A stretch of 30,377 nt of DNA, from IMG/VR virus record IMGVR_UViG_2654587686_000023. One strand, 5' to 3'. Shown one piece after another: positions 17,963 through 26,215 of the stretch. Source of the DNA: a virus. Its lineage: Duplodnaviria > Heunggongvirae > Uroviricota > Caudoviricetes. The notes under the pieces were generated by a model. The model had not been told where the DNA came from. It searched no databases and worked only from the letters and a program-made list of their open reading frames with translations. The position numbers and the translations under genes were made by a program. Every line of letters begins with the position of its first letter. The stretch's first letter is position 1.

Positions 17963-18299
17963 TAACATCGAAATTATCGGATGGCGTATGTTGGTGGCAA
18001 GATAAAGTCGGCGTAATACAAAGGCGTTACTTGATAGCAGCAAGATTACAACAATGGTTGTTGAATTTGAGCGATGTAAGGAATTGATTTAGGGAGGCGC
18101 TGATGGCTAAAAAGTTCCACTACCAGCGGATGAATGCGCCAGCGATGGCCGTTTGGTAGTAAAAGAGGAGCCATTCCTCAATCAGTTGAATACATTATGC
18201 CAACTAAATGGGTGGGGGCACTGTGTGGGTATTCAGCGGTGACGGTATTTTTTAAGCCAAGGACTATCCGTAGCAGGGGGACTCATTTTGAAATATTTA

Positions 18300-18737
18300 T
18301 CATATGTAACTTATTATTTTAGATAAAGATTTCCAGTTAAAGAAAAAAGTTATCATTGATATAATCAAATATGCCCCTGCGAGTAGCAGGGCATAATAAT
18401 CCAGAGGCAGATTGCTGACAACAGGGGCAAACATCGAGATCATTGCTAATAGGCAGGCTGTGATCAGCGTAGTTCCTGTATCAAAAAGCCCCTCAATAAT
18501 GCCTTTTAGTACTCCGTTACTTTTTAGAGCGCCTACAATTCCCTTTGAACTATCAAAGCTACTTAGCATGGTGACTGATGCCAAAACAAAACCAAAGAGA
18601 ACTCCAGAAATAGTTGAAAGAGCACCAGCAGCCGAAATGACAGCATTGTGATCTAGGTCGTGTAAAAAATGGGCACCAGCAATAGCCATAGCTAGAGCAA
18701 ACAATGACTTGGCAGCAAACAATTTCCGAGAACTCAT
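18300..18737 (-). CDS. small integral membrane protein (145 aa, about four predicted TM helices); candidate effector of a two-gene defence/abortive-infection module
   Basis: ORF with AGGA SD 8 nt upstream; four hydrophobic segments by eye (approx. residues 7-27, 32-60, 87-107, 114-134); 12-bp gap to the upstream gene. Confidence 0.7.
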   Translation of the reverse strand: MSSRKLFAAKSLFALAMAIAGAHFLHDLDHNAVISAAGALSTISGVLFGFVLASVTMLSSFDSSKGIVGALKSNGVLKGIIEGLFDTGTTLITACLLAMISMFAPVVSNLPLDYYALLLAGAYLIISMITFFFNWKSLSKIISYI

Positions 18738-18749
18738 AATGTATTCCTG

Positions 18750-19835
18750 TTACGTTTGACTAACCAAATAGTACTGGGTTAGATACCTAAGGTTGTCATT
18801 CTTTGCTTGTAGCATAGCATTTTTAACGTCAGTATCGGTCGGATACCCATCTGCTTGGATAGGCACCATCTTCTTTACCGTAAGAACTTCGTCTACAAGA
18901 CTTTTCTTCTTTTTATCGCCCTGAGCAACAACATTTGCTTTCTCAAAAGTTAAACGACCATCACCACCAGGGAACTTTTCTAGCATCTCCTTAAGGCTTT
19001 TTTTAACGTCATCCTCAAGCCATCCCTTTGCTTTTCTTTTTAATGGAGAATGTCCGCGTAACGAAATAGTCAGGTGGCTTGAACTGGTGCCTCTGATCAT
19101 CTCAATCATCTGATTCGCGAACATTCCATCGAGTTGATACTGTGCGGCATTGAAGTTTCTTGGGATGGCCACAGAAATCTCGCAGCTTCTTAGATTGGAT
19201 CCAGTTTCGAGTAGTTCTTTGATGCTTTCTTCTTTCCAAATGGCTTCAAAAGAAACAGGGACTCCGCGATCACTGGAGTTGAAAAGAAGGAAGGCTAAGT
19301 CACTATGGCGTGGACCTAAATGATTTAAAGACAATACTAGAATGTCTGTCTGAGGATAATAAATAAAGTATGTACGTTCTGAAAGAGTCTTTGCCCCGGC
19401 TAGAGGGATTTTCTCTTCCACCCACTCTTTATCTGTAATATATGCCAGTGTTGCGCTTTTTCTTCTTCGAGACATGAATCCGAAGTAGGAGCCATCCTCG
19501 GGTGAGATGTCTAGAAAATGAATTTTAAGTTCTCTTTCACCAAAGTCTGCATAGTGGGTCATCTTGAAGTCTTTAGAACACCGATCATAGAGATTTTTAA
19601 AGGCCTCTGCGGTTAACCCCTTGTTACTAGTGCGAATATTCTCAGAGCTTGTGTAAAAGCCCACCCTTACAGATTTCAAACTTTGATCTTTTGGTGCCAC
19701 AGTCATTTGAGCTCCATTGTACTCTGCGATAGTTTTTGCACACCTTGAAATCAAAATCTCCATGTCAGTCACGAGAAAATAACTATGGATGAAACCCATC
19801 AAAGGCATTGAATACAGGTGGCTTTTGAGAATCAT
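18750..19835 (-). CDS. hypothetical soluble protein (361 aa as drawn; alternative start at MTVAPKD... about 43 codons downstream has a better SD)
   Basis: Long ORF on minus strand immediately upstream of the membrane-protein gene; no recognisable catalytic motif. Confidence 0.7.
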   Translation of the reverse strand: MILKSHLYSMPLMGFIHSYFLVTDMEILISRCAKTIAEYNGAQMTVAPKDQSLKSVRVGFYTSSENIRTSNKGLTAEAFKNLYDRCSKDFKMTHYADFGERELKIHFLDISPEDGSYFGFMSRRRKSATLAYITDKEWVEEKIPLAGAKTLSERTYFIYYPQTDILVLSLNHLGPRHSDLAFLLFNSSDRGVPVSFEAIWKEESIKELLETGSNLRSCEISVAIPRNFNAAQYQLDGMFANQMIEMIRGTSSSHLTISLRGHSPLKRKAKGWLEDDVKKSLKEMLEKFPGGDGRLTFEKANVVAQGDKKKKSLVDEVLTVKKMVPIQADGYPTDTDVKNAMLQAKNDNLRYLTQYYLVSQT

Positions 19836-20186
19836 CCTAACCTGGTGACGGTGGTTCGCATATCCTGATGGATGATCAGTGATTAATCAATGCGCCAAGC
19901 AGATGTGTCTATGTGTTTGTTAATCATTGCATGACAGTAGATCGACATGGGAGATCACGTTATATAGTTGAATTGTTAGGATATCCATGCACCGATCAAC
20001 TGACTAGGCTGATGTGCTTTTTAGCAGGTGCCATATAGTAGTTAGGCGGTTCTGTGAAATGATTACTGTTCCAGCATAACTGCGGCATAAAGCGGTGCTA
20101 TATAAGCTATTTGCTGGCGGATTTAGTCTTCACCGTTCATATATGTAGTGACTATTTGACAGAGTGTTAGTTCACGGACACTTTTT

Positions 20187-20293
20187 GTTGGTTCAAAATG
20201 AGTTGATGTTGGTTCAATATTTTAGAAAAAACACAATAAAAACAACGCTCTTTACAAATTGAACCAACTGAACCAACTGAACCAACACCTTTT
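20187..20293. repeat. Iteron cluster B: two TGTTGGTTCA copies (20187-20216) plus three inverted AACTGAACC-type units (20258-20284); inverted partner of cluster A
   Basis: 20248-20293 is the reverse complement of 10671-10724 apart from one 9-bp unit (both arms include AAAGGTGTT and CAATTTGTAAAGAG). Confidence 0.7.
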
Positions 20294-20322
20294 TGCTTAT
20301 CTATATAATCTGAGAGGCAGAA

Positions 20323-20604
20323 ATGATAAGGGACAGGAAAGCTGAAGAGCTGGAGTCAAAAGGGCTATACCGGAGAGCTGCCGCACGATGGATGGAAGTC
20401 ATGCTGTTATGCAGCGAGGACGATGATCGGGAATGGATAAAGCGCCGCCGTGAAACGTGTCTGGAGAACGTGAAGCGCCCGCCCGTGAAGGTTGAGGAAT
20501 TTGGCGACCTGCATAAAGCTGTTACCGAAACGCAACACCGCATGGGGATAGCGCAACCGAACGGTAACGCCTTCCGGTTAAATGGCGGCAAGAGGCAAAG
20601 GTAG
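20323..20604 (+). CDS. PerC-family transcriptional activator-like protein (93 aa)
   Basis: N-terminal KAEELESKGLYRRAAARWMEVM and REWIKRRRETC pattern resembles PerC/Pch-family proteins common in P4-like islands (recalled similarity). Confidence 0.65.
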   Translation: MIRDRKAEELESKGLYRRAAARWMEVMLLCSEDDDREWIKRRRETCLENVKRPPVKVEEFGDLHKAVTETQHRMGIAQPNGNAFRLNGGKRQR

Positions 20605-20639
20605 ACCACCAGAGGGAAATCATCCTCTGGCTGGCGGTT

Positions 20640-20668
20640 TCTGGTATTTCGGAACAAGTACGCGCGCG
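20640..20668. repeat. Repeat copy C: TCTGGTATTTCGGAACAAGTACGCGCGCG (14-bp palindrome TACGCGCGCGCGTA)
   Basis: Third copy of the ACAAGTACGCGCGCG 15-mer. Confidence 0.7.
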
Positions 20669-20901
20669 CGTAGCACCCAATCGGTGAGGAAATAGCGGCG
20701 ACCTGAATGGTCAAAATCACAACGCAGCTATCCCCGTAAGCAGCGCTTAACGGAATAGCAGTAACCTGAATCCAGTGGGGAGGGGGTAGTCAAATCTCTA
20801 CAGCCCTGACTATCCGGGACTGCCCGCCCCATCGTTTTTTTATACCCGCGAAAAATGAAATTTAATCCGGGCGTGTTTCATCCTTCCAGAGGGTATGACG
20901 T

Positions 20902-21087
20902 ATGACACCACGCGAAATAGCCTTATTGACCATCGCCAAACTTGAGCACGGAGGCCACCAGCTTACACAGGCAGATCAACGGGAGATAGAACGATCAGTT
21001 AATGCCGATATAGCCCGGCGCGACAGGTTCCGCGAAATGATGCGAGCACCTGCCTACCAGTGGAAGAAGCCAGCGCCGCGCAGGTAG
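20902..21087 (+). CDS. small hypothetical protein (61 aa)
   Basis: ORF with AGAGGG SD-like sequence upstream. Confidence 0.45.
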   Translation: MTPREIALLTIAKLEHGGHQLTQADQREIERSVNADIARRDRFREMMRAPAYQWKKPAPRR

Positions 21088-21207
21088 ATATGGGATTATT
21101 CCACATGTAACTTATGCGTATTAAGCAAATTTCCTTTATTCACCTTTACAGAATTGTGAGTACGTCAGTATCGTTATCCTTCCGATTCGCATTTATTCAG
21201 GATTTGC

Positions 21208-21750
21208 ATGTACCAGCTAAAGATAACCATCCGAGACAGCAAACCACCTATATGGCGGCGTGTGCTGGTTCCAGAGCAAATCCCCTTTAGTAAACTTCAT
21301 GCCGTGATCCAGTTAGCTTTTGGCTGGAATGACGAACACCTGTATATGTTCGAGAAAGGGCGTAAAGGTGATCCAGGTAGCGAGTATCGCGTATGGGGTG
21401 AGGATGAAAGCATGGGTAACGCGGCAATCACGCCACTATGGGCGGCGCTCCAGAATGAGGGTGACAAGCTGGTTTACACGTATGACTTTGGCGACTGGTG
21501 GGATTGCGTCATTGTGCTGGAGAAGCAAACACACGATACGAGTAATCAGCCCATTAGCTGCCTGCGTGGGAAAGGCACCACCCCGGCGGAAAACTCAGGC
21601 GGCTTGCATGGTTACAATGAATTGCTATTACAGGCCAGAGAGTCTGATAATCCTGAGCAGGCCGAGATCCACAATTTCCTGATGCTGGATATTGAACGCC
21701 GGGTTTACGACCTGAGCCGCATCAACGACAGATTGCAGGCTATTAACTGA
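21208..21750 (+). CDS. pRiA4b ORF-3-like family protein (180 aa)
   Basis: N-terminal YQLKITIRDSKPPIWRRVLVP...LHAVIQLAFGW...HLYMF pattern matches the plasmid pRiA4b ORF-3-like domain (recalled). Confidence 0.65.
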   Translation: MYQLKITIRDSKPPIWRRVLVPEQIPFSKLHAVIQLAFGWNDEHLYMFEKGRKGDPGSEYRVWGEDESMGNAAITPLWAALQNEGDKLVYTYDFGDWWDCVIVLEKQTHDTSNQPISCLRGKGTTPAENSGGLHGYNELLLQARESDNPEQAEIHNFLMLDIERRVYDLSRINDRLQAIN

Positions 21751-22102
21751 CCCGCATGTATTCACCTGATATTGCGTTGTCAGCGCCGCCAGTATCGCGC
21801 ATAACAGCGCACTGACCGGGTAAACCGTAGCGCACGACCGTTGCGTTAGTATCACCGCCGCGCCGTATCTGGCGCGATTCATACACTGTCACCCGCTCAA
21901 GCAGTCCACCAGCAACCATGCTTTCCAGTGTGCGCCGGGTTGATTCGAGCTGGTGACGCTTATCGAACGACACCATGCCATGAAGCAGGTAGGCCACACC
22001 CGACACATCGAACGGCGGCGCACCAATCTCACCAGTCACCCATTCGAGGTTATCCGGTTCAAAGTAGCTAAGTATCTCTTTTTTGCGACTGGTCATTCTC
22101 AT
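21743..22102 (-). CDS. hypothetical protein (119 aa)
   Basis: ORF on minus strand, overlaps 3' end of the preceding gene by 8 nt. Confidence 0.45.
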   Translation of the reverse strand: MRMTSRKKEILSYFEPDNLEWVTGEIGAPPFDVSGVAYLLHGMVSFDKRHQLESTRRTLESMVAGGLLERVTVYESRQIRRGGDTNATVVRYGLPGQCAVMRDTGGADNAISGEYMRVS

Positions 22103-22219
22103 GGCTGGCTGATTCCTTATTGTGGGATAGCACTATCATACAATAAGTGGGTTAAAGGGAGAGCGTTACCGCCTGATATGCTGTATGAATAACAACCAAA
22201 TTTCAGGGGCGGAAAAAGA

Positions 22220-22242
22220 TATGGGGGTACTTTTGGGGGTAT
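22220..22242. repeat. ATGGGGGTACTTTTGGGGGTATC, right-end copy of the GGGGGTA arm-type motif
   Basis: Near-identical to 1557-1580. Confidence 0.55.
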
Positions 22243-22303
22243 CTATAAAAAATGAACAATAAAAAAGGCAACAAAAACAAAGCTTATCGCCTATGTGTAT
22301 TGT

Positions 22304-22322
22304 TCCTATTATCGGCACCATT
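22304..22322. repeat. attR core: second copy of TCCTATTATCGGCACCATT
   Basis: Exact 19-bp repeat of the thrW 3' end (1428-1446). Confidence 0.85.
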
Positions 22323-22925
22323 AAGAAAATCAATAACTTAGCTTAACTTCTCTAAGAAATTGTATCTTCTGTTATCACTTACAAACGCCTATACGTTGTT
22401 ATGGGCTTTGGTAGTGTAACACGTATGGGCGAGTAGTTCCCAGGCTCAACCTCGTAACAAGTTCCTTTGAAGCTGGAAGACGTGCCACCGTCTCTAAACC
22501 TTCTACCAAAACTCTTAGCAAGATGTTCCACACCTGGCGCGGTGTCCAATGATGCCACACGTCGTGAGACGTTGCAGAGGATAAACAGGCTAAATGATGG
22601 GAAGAGTTTTAAGTGCAATAGTGGATTAAAGCCCACCTCTTCAAAACCTAACTTGATCGGGAAAGAATCAAGCTCTAGCACGGTTTCGTCCACCGGAGTA
22701 CAACGGGTGCCTGATAAGAGAAGAACTGCTAAGACTTCATAGCTTTTGTGAAAAAGCCCTTTTTAGTGGATACGCCTACGGCGCTTATTTTTTGGTATAA
22801 CCATCAAAGGCGCTTTATGGCTCCTATTGTCTTGAAAATGTATCTTTACTTGTATTGTGTTTTATGCGTAGTCTCCCTGTGTAGTATGTAACTTGTTAAT
22901 TTTCATATGAATACAGAGGCACACG

Positions 22926-23084
22926 ATGAAAAACATTGCAGCTATAAAACGTAATAACCGCAAGATTCACGCTCGTAAGTTCCTGTCTACGCCAGAAGGA
23001 AAAGCCTGGTTAGAGCGTAAACAGAGAGAGAACGAAGAAAGAAAACTCCTTAGTGAGTTGAAATGGCTTAGAGAGGATTTCTGA
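22926..23084 (+). CDS. small basic hypothetical protein (52 aa)
   Basis: Short ORF below track cutoff with GAGG 7 nt upstream of ATG; Lys/Arg-rich. Confidence 0.3.
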   Translation: MKNIAAIKRNNRKIHARKFLSTPEGKAWLERKQRENEERKLLSELKWLREDF

Positions 23085-23380
23085 AAATCTCCAGAACGCA
23101 ACAGGACGCATTCTAACGCTGTTTTCATTGCTTGGTATAGGGATGTATAGGTGATGTGTGTTTAATGCGTCTGTGAGCTTGTTTTGTGCCTTATTTTGCA
23201 TTTTCATAATGCAGAAGAGAACACGGAAAGCCTTAAAATTAATTATTGGGGTATTTAAGGCTATTTTTAGGGTATTTAAGGGTATTAAACTTGATTTAAT
23301 TGATTAAAATATAAACAGATAGTTCTGTATCTTATTGATTTATAAGGTTATTTTTAAATAAAGATAAATAAAAAATAAAT

Positions 23381-23430
23381 AGCCATAAATAGCCATAAAT
23401 AGCTATAAATACATCTAAATACATATGAAT
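23381..23430. repeat. Five tandem 10-bp units (AGCCATAAAT x2, AGCTATAAAT, ACATCTAAAT, ACATATGAAT)
   Basis: Helical-period (10 bp) direct repeats visible in sequence; further GGTATTTAAGG-like repeats at about 23245-23300. Confidence 0.6.
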
Positions 23431-23525
23431 CCCCTCCCTTATGGCTAGATTGCGAGAGGTGCTTAACGCGATTTTCAGCGCCCCCCGATCTGGAAAATCC
23501 AGAATCCCCAAATATCAAGGAGGCA

Positions 23526-24065
23526 TTACGCCTCCTCTTCTTCCTTCTTAATTCGCTGTACCGTTGAAGGAGCAACATTAAAGCTCTCGGCGGTTTTACG
23601 CACTGACAGGCCATCAGAAAGGGCTTTCTTTATACCTTCTCTATCTACTGCTTTTCCATTACCACGCTTTGTAGGATTGACGGCTTGCGCTTCTCGTTTA
23701 CGCTCTAACATCAGTTCACGTTCACACGTTGCAACTGCCGACAACATCGTAAGCATCATTTTTCCCATCGCGCTTGTAATGTCTGCAATGATCCCTTCTT
23801 TATGAAATCGAACAATTACACCTCGATTATTAAGTTGTTCCACTAAGGCAAGAATGTCTAAGGTGTTACGCCCTAAACGGTCGAGAGAGTGCACGTGTAA
23901 GGTGTCGCCTTCTCTCAGATAGGATAAACACGCCTGCAATCCTGGACGGTTAGTGTCTTTACCTGACAGCTTATCTTCAAAGACTTTATCAAGCGTTACT
24001 CCTGCAAGCTGGCGATCAGTGTTCTGATCTACAGTGCTCACACGCTTATAACCGATATTGCTCAT
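23526..24065 (-). CDS. small serine recombinase (resolvase/invertase family, 179 aa)
   Basis: N-terminal IGYKRVSTVDQNTDRQ with the catalytic-serine context typical of resolvase/invertase-type serine recombinases; short C-terminal DNA-binding region; size matches small resolvases. Confidence 0.85.
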   Translation of the reverse strand: MSNIGYKRVSTVDQNTDRQLAGVTLDKVFEDKLSGKDTNRPGLQACLSYLREGDTLHVHSLDRLGRNTLDILALVEQLNNRGVIVRFHKEGIIADITSAMGKMMLTMLSAVATCERELMLERKREAQAVNPTKRGNGKAVDREGIKKALSDGLSVRKTAESFNVAPSTVQRIKKEEEEA

Positions 24066-24079
24066 AAAATCCCCTTAAT

Positions 24080-24190
24080 GTATCGATTTGGCACTACTCC
24101 AATGCAAATGAGTATATCGTATTCATTTGGTCTGTTTCAAGCCTTATAGGTACGGAATATTACACGATTTAGATGTATTCATTTGGTATG
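24080..24190. promoter_or_regulatory. Repeat cluster upstream of recombinase gene: GTATTCATTTGGT at 24119-24131 and 24176-24188 plus related GTATCGATTTGGC at 24080-24092; candidate res/operator
   Basis: Three related 13-bp motifs directly 5' of the recombinase start codon; resolvases usually act at multi-subsite res sites next to their gene. Confidence 0.4.
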
Positions 24191-24674
24191 CCTAATGGAT
24201 ACACAGGGGAATAGATTAAATAGTGTTCTGTTTATACAGGTTTATTTGTTAGATCAACAATTTGGCATTTCTAAACAGATGTTTGAACGTTGCCAAATGT
24301 CTTGACAACACAAGAAAAGGGCTTGCTATGCCACGCATTACACGAAATAAGGCTGTAAAAACAAAATAAATTTTAAAATTTGCACAAACGAGAAAACTCA
24401 TTCAGAAACAAGCAGAACAATTTTTAGCCAACAATTTCTGATGGTGCTCTGTAAGCCGCACTACACAAGGCTTTGCGAAAGTGATGTAAAAGTGAAGAAA
24501 GTAAGAATTGCACTTTTAAGCTACTTTTCATTGAATTTTTAGTATGGAATTACACAGGAATAAGTTAGGGATATTCTATGATTTACACAGGGAATATAGG
24601 GGATTATGGCACACACATAGAAAGGCATTACACAGAGTGCTATGTGATGATTGGTAGTAACGGTAGTTCACTAT

Positions 24675-24784
24675 GAGCTAGGGGGTAGTTCACTATGAGC
24701 TAGGGGGTAGGTCATAGTGAGCTAGGGGGTAGGTCACTGTGAGCTAGGGGGTAGGTCATAGTGAGCTAGGGGGTAGGTCACTGT
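24675..24784. repeat. Five tandem 22-bp iterons GAGCTAGGGGGTAG(G/T)TCA(C/T)(T/A)GT with a partial leading copy from about 24655; candidate plasmid/phage replication origin
   Basis: Contiguous 22-bp direct repeats without spacers, immediately followed by an extremely AT-rich stretch (24795-24880, including (TA)n). Confidence 0.75.
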
Positions 24785-24794
24785 GAACTACAAT

Positions 24795-24880
24795 AAGACT
24801 ATTAATAAAACTATATTAGATTATTAATTAGATCATAATAATAATATTCTTTATATCTATATATATATATGATCTTTTGC
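24795..24880. other. AT-rich putative DNA unwinding element adjacent to the iterons
   Basis: Nearly pure A/T run with TATATATATATA; iteron + AT-rich arrangement is standard for theta-type origins. Confidence 0.5.
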
Positions 24881-25868
24881 CTTCCGGCGTTAGCTTCACT
24901 CTCTGGCAAGCAGCCTTACTCCGCTACCTTTGGGCTTCGTGGCTGGCCCGTTCCGCTCACACCGAAAGCAAAGCGTTACTTTCTTCGTGTAACTTCGTTG
25001 GCGATAACGCCCACGAAGAAATCTATTGCGCTGTGCGCAGAAGAGTAATCACCTAACCAATCATACTGATTGCTTATGTGTTAACTCTAACTCTTAATTC
25101 CACTTCTACATTCTGTAGTTGTGTAATTACTCGAAGAGAGAGCGGCTAAAGCTCAATTACACTCTGCTTTCCTCGTGTAATTTCACTAAGCCTCAATACA
25201 ATTCCACTTTCTACATTTAATAACTCTCGTTATTCTCTGTAGTTGTGTAATTGTTTTCGGTGGAAAAGCCAGAGGCGACACCGAAAGAGAATTCTGATCT
25301 TATTAATCTTATCTATCTTAGTTATCTTACTTATCTACTTTATTATTAATAATAGCTTTATAAGCTCTGTGTAGCTCTTTGACGCAAGAAACAGCATTCA
25401 GGAAGGGAATCACCTTAGAAAAGTGTTCTTTGCGTCATAATGTGTTTTATGAAGGATTCAGAGGTGTTTCATAACAGGAATGTATAGAGGATACTTTAAT
25501 TAATTAAAAATAAGGGGTCTAAATGCTTCTCTAATAGCATTAAGCAGGGTAGGGAATGGAAACGCATTGCCTACATATAATAAACTCACTACAGGGCTTT
25601 ACAGGGCGTTTTATAAAGTGACTCTCTATCTTATATCTACCATTACCTTTTCATATACCTAACAAATACAAAATAAGCCCCTTAAATAAGCCTCTGGCGA
25701 GCTAAACAGCCATTACATAAGGGAATGTATTGCTTTTATCAAAACCTCGTTAGAACGCGTTTTAGAGCGTTTTAGCGGATAATGAAGAATAGCACCACAC
25801 AGGAGAGCACGAATTGCTAAGAAAAAATGTAAGTGCATGAAAAAGATCGGATTTTTTGTGAAAAGGTA

Positions 25869-25896
25869 TTGACAAATGTTTCTTTATATGTAATAA
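25869..25896 (+). promoter_or_regulatory. sigma70-like promoter (TTGACA - 16 bp - TAATAA)
   Basis: Consensus -35 and near-consensus -10 about 110 nt upstream of the 26008 gene. Confidence 0.5.
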
Positions 25897-26007
25897 TAGG
25901 TATTAGAGGGACAGAAAACATTCTTCTCTAAATAATCAAAATCAATGCACTTTGAAGCCGTCAGGCTTGCAAGGTGTTTTTTCTTTTAACTGAATAAGGA
26001 GTTTTTT

Positions 26008-26196
26008 ATGAAATGGTTTACACCGAAACACGTCGTAGAGGCATTTAAAAAAGGTGAGCTTACACGCCATCAAGTAGTAATGAATCGTAATATGGCAAGG
26101 AGTCGAGGTTATCCAGAGCGAGCAGCTTGCTTCAATGAAGCACTCAAGATTATTGATGAACTAAGAAAAAATGAAAAAGAATCTGAAACAGAGTAA
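26008..26196 (+). CDS. small hypothetical protein (62 aa)
   Basis: ORF with AAGGAG SD. Confidence 0.55.
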   Translation: MKWFTPKHVVEAFKKGELTRHQVVMNRNMARSRGYPERAACFNEALKIIDELRKNEKESETE

Positions 26197-26215
26197 AGAA
26201 TAGAAGGAGAAAACT

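Larger units (their letters stand above)
1428..22322 (+). mobile_element. P4-like integrative island (satellite-phage-like) inserted in thrW, about 20.9 kb
   Basis: tRNA 3'-end direct repeats at both ends, P4-family integrase adjacent to attL, AlpA, antirepressor, alpha primase, iterons, PerC-like gene. Confidence 0.85.

Noticed and set aside
17441-18299. Retron-like ncRNA (msr/msd) next to a defence module
   Set aside because: No reverse transcriptase gene is present anywhere in the window, so a retron interpretation is unsupported.
18134-18322. Plus-strand 62-aa ORF (and 17890..18087) in the long non-coding region
   Set aside because: No SD and no recognisable features; lies in the repeat-containing intergenic region and extends into the 3' end of the convergent membrane-protein gene.
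22379-22742. Overlapping ORFs just inside element 2, considered as a possible integrase or its remnant
   Set aside because: Neither frame shows tyrosine-recombinase motifs (no R-H-R-Y box pattern) or a convincing SD; left unannotated as low-confidence.
23354-23614. Minus-strand 86-aa ORF
   Set aside because: Overlaps the 10-bp tandem repeat tract and the 3' end of the recombinase gene; low-complexity translation; judged spurious.
24655-24790. Possible CRISPR array
   Set aside because: The 22-bp units are directly contiguous with no intervening unique spacers and no cas genes nearby; this is an iteron array, not CRISPR. The same reasoning applies to the 9-bp repeats at 10680-10715.
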